Of a stretch of DNA of 64,000 nucleotides, positions 59,226 to 64,000 are shown in pieces. Source of the stretch: an uncultured Planctomycetia bacterium (GTDB lineage: Bacteria > Planctomycetota > Planctomycetia > Pirellulales > S012-138); assembly GCA_963809785.1 (NCBI GenBank), contig CAWEKV010000002.1, positions 1,006,689 to 1,070,688 on the forward strand, given 5' to 3'. Each line of letters starts with the position of its first letter. Position 1 is the stretch's first letter. The translations under genes and the position numbers were made by a program. Under the pieces are notes generated by a model, which was given only the letters and a program-made list of their open reading frames with translations, was not told the origin of the DNA and searched no databases.

Positions 59226-62200
59226 ATGAATCACCGCCGTTTTGCCGCCTGCTCCGCCGCTGCCCTGCTGATCGCTGCGGCCGTCGGCGGTACGGTGCGC
59301 GCCGCCGACCCGCGCGTCGATTTCAACCGCGACGTGCGGGCCATCTTGTCCGATGCCTGCTTCAAGTGCCACGGGCCGGACGCCGCCCAGCGCAAGGCCG
59401 AGCTGCGGCTGGATACCAAGGAAGGTCTCTTCGGCGAGTCGAAGGCCGGGCTGGTGATCGTGCCGGGCAAGCCGGGCGAGAGCGAGCTGATCAGCCGCAT
59501 CACGTCAACCGATCCCGAAGCGCGCATGCCGCCGGCTGACTCCGGCAAGACGTTGACGCCCGCCCAGGTCGAGACGCTGCGCCGCTGGGTCGCCGATGGC
59601 GCGGCCTGGCAACAGCACTGGTCGTTCGTGCCGCCCAAGCGGCCGCCGTTGCCCAAACTGCGAGAAGCCCGGCTTCTCCAAGAAGCCGGGCTTGTGGAGT
59701 GGCCGCGCAACGCGATCGACTACTTCGTGCTCGATCGACTGCTGCGTGAGGGCCTCCGGCCATCGCCTGAGGCTGACCGAGCGACGCTCATCCGCCGTGT
59801 CTCGCTCGATCTGACCGGCTTGCCGCCGACGCCGGAGGAAGTCGAGCGTTTCTCGCCGACCGCTCGCCGGACGCTTACGAGCGGGTGGTCGATCGCCTGC
59901 TGGCCTCGCCGCGCTACGGCGAGCGGATGGCGGTGCCCTGGCTCGAATGCGGCCCGCTATGCCGACACCAGCGGCTATCAGAACGACGGCCCGCGGATCA
60001 TGTGGCGCTGGCGCGATTGGGTGATCGACGCCTTCAACGCCAACCATGCCGTTCGACCAGTTCACGATCGAGCAGCTTGCCGGCGACCTGCTGCCGAACG
60101 GCCACGCTCGACCAGCGGATCGCCACCGGCTTCAACCGCAATCACCGCGGCAACGCCGAAGGCGGCATCATCCCCGAGGAGTACGCAGGTCGAGTACGTC
60201 GTCGACCGCGTCGAGACGACGTCCACCGTCTGGCTCGGCCTGACGATGGGCTGTGCCCGCTGCCACGACCACAAGTTCGATCCCTCGACGCAGCGCGAGT
60301 TCTATCAGGCTGTTCGCGTACTTCAACAACATCCCCGAGTACGGCCGGGCGATCAAGGAAGGCAACTCGCCGCCGTACGTGCTCGGCGCCCACGCGCGAC
60401 CAGGAGCGGCAGCTCGTCAGCCTGCGCACGAAGGCCGACGAAGCGGCTGCTGCTTTCGAGAAGCTCGCTCCGCAGTTGGCCGCCGCCCAGCAGCAGTGGG
60501 AGCAGCGAGCCGCACAGCGCGGAGACGGTCGATTGGGCGCCCATCGGGGCCTGGTGGCGCATTTCAGCTTAGACAGCCACGTAGGGTGGGCACCGCCCAC
60601 TAAAGACGCCCCGGATGCGGCCAGCCAGCCAACGGCCGCCACGAACGCCGGCGACAAGCTGGACAAGAAGGCCGACGACAAATTGGTGGGCACAGCCCAA
60701 CCTACGTTCGCACGCGGCCGCGTGGGCCAGGCGGCCGACTTCGACGGCCGGCAGGTTCATCGCGGCCGGCGACGTCGGCAAGTTCGGCTACTTCGACAAG
60801 TTCTCGCTCACGGCCTGGATCTATCCACGCGGCGAGGGAGGCAAAGCCGCCGGCGGCACGATCCTCTCTCGCATGACCGACGAGGCCGAGGCAGACGGCT
60901 ATTACCTGCGGCTGGTCGACGGCCGGCTGCAAGTCAACCTGGTCAAGCGCTGGCTCGATGACGCCATCCGCGTCGAGACCGAGACGGCCGCTGGTCGCCG
61001 GACCGCTGGTATCACGTGGCGCTGACCTACGACGGCTCGCGCCAGGCCTCGGGCATCAAGCTGTACGTCGATGGCCGACCCGCGGAAGCTGCAGGTCAAC
61101 TCTCGATCTCCTCAACCAGACGTTCGCCGCGCAACGAGCCGCTGCGCATCGGCGGCGGCGGCGGGCCGCAGGGGCGCTTCCACGGGCCGCATCGACGACG
61201 TGCGGATCTACGACCGCCGCCTGGCCGCCGACGAAGTCGGCGTGCTGGCCACGGCCGAGTCGATCAACGAGCATCGCTCGACGCCGCCCGCGGAGCGCAC
61301 GCGCGATTCCAGGCCGCAAGCTCCGCGACGTACTTCCTCGACCGGCACGCCCCGTCCGAGATCCGCGAGGCCTGCGAGCGGATGATCGCTGACGCGCGAG
61401 GCGGCCGATCACTTCGACGAGAGCCTGCCGACCGTCGATGGTCATGGAGGAGATGCCGCGCACCGCGGGCCACGCACATCCTCATTCGCGGCCAGTACGA
61501 CAAGCCGGGCGAGCAGCGTCGAGCCGGGCGTGCCGGCCAGCCTGCCGCCGCTGCCGGCGGGAGCGCCCCGCAACCGGCTGGGCTTGGCCCGCTGGCTGGT
61601 CGATCCGGCCAACCCGCTGACGGCCCGCGTGGCGGTGAACCGCTTCTGGCAGATGTACTTCGGCGTCGGGCCTGGTGAAGACCGTCCGAGGACTTCGGCT
61701 CGCAGGGCGAGCGGCCGAGCCATCCGGAGCTGCTCGACTGGCTGGCGATCGAGTTCGTCCGCAGCGGCTGGGACGTGAAGGCGCCTGCAGCGGCTGATCG
61801 TCACCAGCGCCACCTATCGGCAGTCGTCGCAGCGCCGCGCGAGCCTGCGTGGCACGCGACCCGGAGAACCGCCTGCTGGCCCGCGGGCCGCGGTTCCGGC
61901 TGTCGGCCGAGACGATCCGCGACCAGGCGCTGGCCGCCAGCGGCCTGCTCGTCGAGCAAGCTCGGCGGGCCGTCGGTCAAGCTCTATCAGCCCGACGGAC
62001 TGTGGAGCGAGATCGCCACCGACACCGAATATGACCAGGACCACGGCGCGACCCTGTACCGCCGCAGCCTCTACACCTATTGGAAGCGGACGGTGCGCGC
62101 CGCCGATGATGGCCACGTTCGACGCCTCGGCCCGCGAGACGCTGCACGGTGCGGCCGACGCGCACCAACACGCCGCTGCAGGCGCTGGCGCTGATGAACG

Positions 62201-62520
62201 AGACGACGTTCGTCGAGGCCGCGCGGCTGATGGCCGAGCGGATCATCCACGCACGGCGGCCGCACGCCGGAGGAGCGGCTGCGATACGCCTTCCGCCTGG
62301 CGTCGCGCGGCCGCCTCGGCCTGGAGGAGGAGCGCACGCTGCTCACGGGGCTTCGATTCCATCTCGACCGCTATCGCCGCGACGAGCGCCGCCGCGAAGC
62401 AGTTGCTCTCCGTCGGCGAGCATCCCGTGCGATTCGCGCCTCGATCCGGCCGAACTGGCCGCCTACACGGCAACGGCCGCTTTGATCTTGAACCTGGACG
62501 AAGTCGTGACGAAGGAATGA
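59226..62520 (+). CDS. Planctomycete cytochrome-c (PSCyt1) / DUF1549 / LamG / DUF1553 protein, heavily frameshifted
   Basis: [94 protein letters not shown]. Confidence 0.92.
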
Positions 62521-62526
62521 CGTGAC

Positions 62527-62590
62527 GTGGGGCACGTTTCCAAAACGTGCCCATCCCATAAACCGGGCACGTTTAGAAACGTGCCCCACT
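62527..62590. repeat. REP doublet
   Basis: gtggggcacgtttccaaaacgtgccc ... gggcacgtttagaaacgtgccccac. Confidence 0.8.
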
Positions 62591-62669
62591 TCTGCCTATC
62601 GGGTCCTGCGCAGCAGACCCTGCTTCCGGTCGCCGCAGCGTCGTCACGCGCATGCCCGATTGTCTCGGC

Positions 62670-63356
62670 TCACTCCTCGGGCACCGATGACAAGACCGCG
62701 GGAGGGATGAGGATCGGCAACGGATCGGGTGACGCCTGCGTTTCGGCTGGCTGGCGTGGCGGCGTGGACGCCATGTTCGCAGCGGCTCGCGGCTGCGGGG
62801 GCACTTTGGCCAGCGGCCGCGCCGGCGTCTGTCGCAGAATCAGGGCGTCCGCTGGATCTCTGGAGGCGCTGCCCATGCCAAACTGGCGGGCGATTTTCTC
62901 CATCGTGCCCAGCCGCCTGTCCATCGACTGGGCTTGCTCGGACATCGTGGCCAGGTGACGATTGGTCTCGTCCAGCTTGCCCACGGAATCGCTCATTTTA
63001 ACGAGGTGAGCGTTCATGCGGGCCATGCGGTCGTTCATCTCCCGCATGCGGCCGTTCATTTCGTCCATGCGGTCGGTGACCGAGCAGCCGCCCAGCAAGA
63101 TCGCGGTGCATGCGCAGACGTGAAATGCCCGGAATCGGGCCAACCAAGTAGGTGGACTCTCCTGAGGCAGTGCCAGCGGGTTTGAGCGTGGGACGCGGAG
63201 CGGTGCCACCGCGACTCCTTTCGCAGCTCGAGCGGGGAGGGCACGCGATAGCCAACAGACGGACTCGACGCGCCTGGCCCGCGGTTCTCTACGGTCATCG
63301 GCAGCCATGCAAACGGGGAATCGCACGGGCAGGGCAAATAAGGGTGCTGCCAGCAA
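62670..63356 (-). CDS. Hypothetical lipoprotein with Met-rich coiled coil (start uncertain)
   Basis: Lipobox-like ILLGGC followed by heptads MDEMNGRMREMNDRMARMN. Confidence 0.6.
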   Translation of the reverse strand: MLAAPLFALPVRFPVCMAADDRREPRARRVESVCWLSRALPARAAKGVAVAPLRVPRSNPLALPQESPPTWLARFRAFHVCACTAILLGGCSVTDRMDEMNGRMREMNDRMARMNAHLVKMSDSVGKLDETNRHLATMSEQAQSMDRRLGTMEKIARQFGMGSASRDPADALILRQTPARPLAKVPPQPRAAANMASTPPRQPAETQASPDPLPILIPPAVLSSVPEE

Positions 63357-63816
63357 TGCGCGATATGAGGCATGAGCCCGCGCGGTAAGGTTTCGCGCAA
63401 CCCTGATCCCCCGCTTTGGTGGAGGAGGTGGTGACGCTCATCGGCAGCTTCGCCAACTCGCTGCGACATGAAGCCGCAGAAGGGTTGTGCGCTGAGTGGT
63501 GGCCGACCCCCGTGACACCCTTTCCAGCAGCGTGCCGCAGGTCTACAATACTGACGGTTGATGTCCCCAATCTCGATGCTCCATGCTCGCTCCTTTCGAA
63601 CGACCGATCGCGGAAGTCGAGCTTTATCTGAAGCTCTTCATCACCACCAGCGGCGGCTGGTAAGGCTCTCTCTTTCTCGTGTTTCTGCTGCGCTTCACCA
63701 TCGTCGTTTATCACCCTACGCCTCACGGATGGGTCGGTGCGGCTTGCGCGTGCCATGAACCGTGAGCGATTGTTTGTCCGAACAGTCTCGGTTTCTTTGA
63801 TCGCCAGAGGTATTTC

Positions 63817-64000
63817 ATGATGCTCTTTGCCGACAACGGTCTGACGACGTGGGACATTGTTGGACTCGTCGCGATCTTCGCGGGGTTCATCGCCGTCGTG
63901 GTCATTCTGATCGTATTTGTTCGCTTCTTTCGGCTTTGGGTGCAATCCGCGACCACCGGCGCCGGCATCGGTTTTTTGGATATGTTGGGCATGACGTTCC
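63817..64000 (+). CDS. floA: Flotillin-like FloA/YqfA (UPF0365) protein, 5' part (not in the ORF track)
   Basis: GAGG RBS; MMLFADNGLTTWDIVGLVAIFAGFIAVVVILIVFVRFFRLWVQSATTGAGIGFLDMLGMTF; LW.Q....A.I....L.GM matches the family N-terminus as I recall it. Confidence 0.7.
   Translation, partial: MMLFADNGLTTWDIVGLVAIFAGFIAVVVILIVFVRFFRLWVQSATTGAGIGFLDMLGMTF

Noticed and set aside
63380-63800. Short ORFs upstream of floA
   Set aside because: No recognisable motif or consistent frame; may be a decayed gene, but this cannot be supported from the sequence alone.

Overview
GC-rich bacterial DNA that looks like Planctomycetota (Pirellulales-like), judged from DUF1501, PSCyt1/DUF1549/DUF1553, a LEPRxLL-type extracellular motif and short 'WYQFSLW'-type N-termini. 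The window opens on the replication cluster dnaA-like/dnaN/DUF721/gyrB (probable oriC region), followed by about 50 housekeeping and accessory genes. Many conserved genes are broken by 1-bp indels, most likely assembly errors. Main candidates for novelty: (1) an ~10.5-kb locus (6.9-17.4 kb) encoding a Sec-exported C39 peptidase, a FapF/COG4313-like beta-barrel with a huge repetitive N-terminus, a second Cys-rich beta-barrel and five paralogous 139-142-aa secreted beta-rich proteins with a conserved double-glycine-like pro-peptide. This looks like a planctomycete Fap-like fibre/amyloid secretion system, and the 3'-UTR motifs of the two subunit subtypes are complementary to each other. (2) A secreted WD40 protein with an in-frame Cys-UGA followed by a SECIS-like hairpin (candidate new selenoprotein). 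(3) REP/heptamer palindromic elements inserted in frame inside at least three protein genes. (4) An orphan ParB-N + ABC-ATPase/GNAT pair. Also present: a complete IS66-family element (23-bp TIRs, 8-bp TSD), a HigBA-like toxin-antitoxin pair with a perfect palindromic operator, and many REP and tandem-repeat families. No rRNA, tRNA or CRISPR array was recognised. All family calls come from motif recognition, not from database searches.
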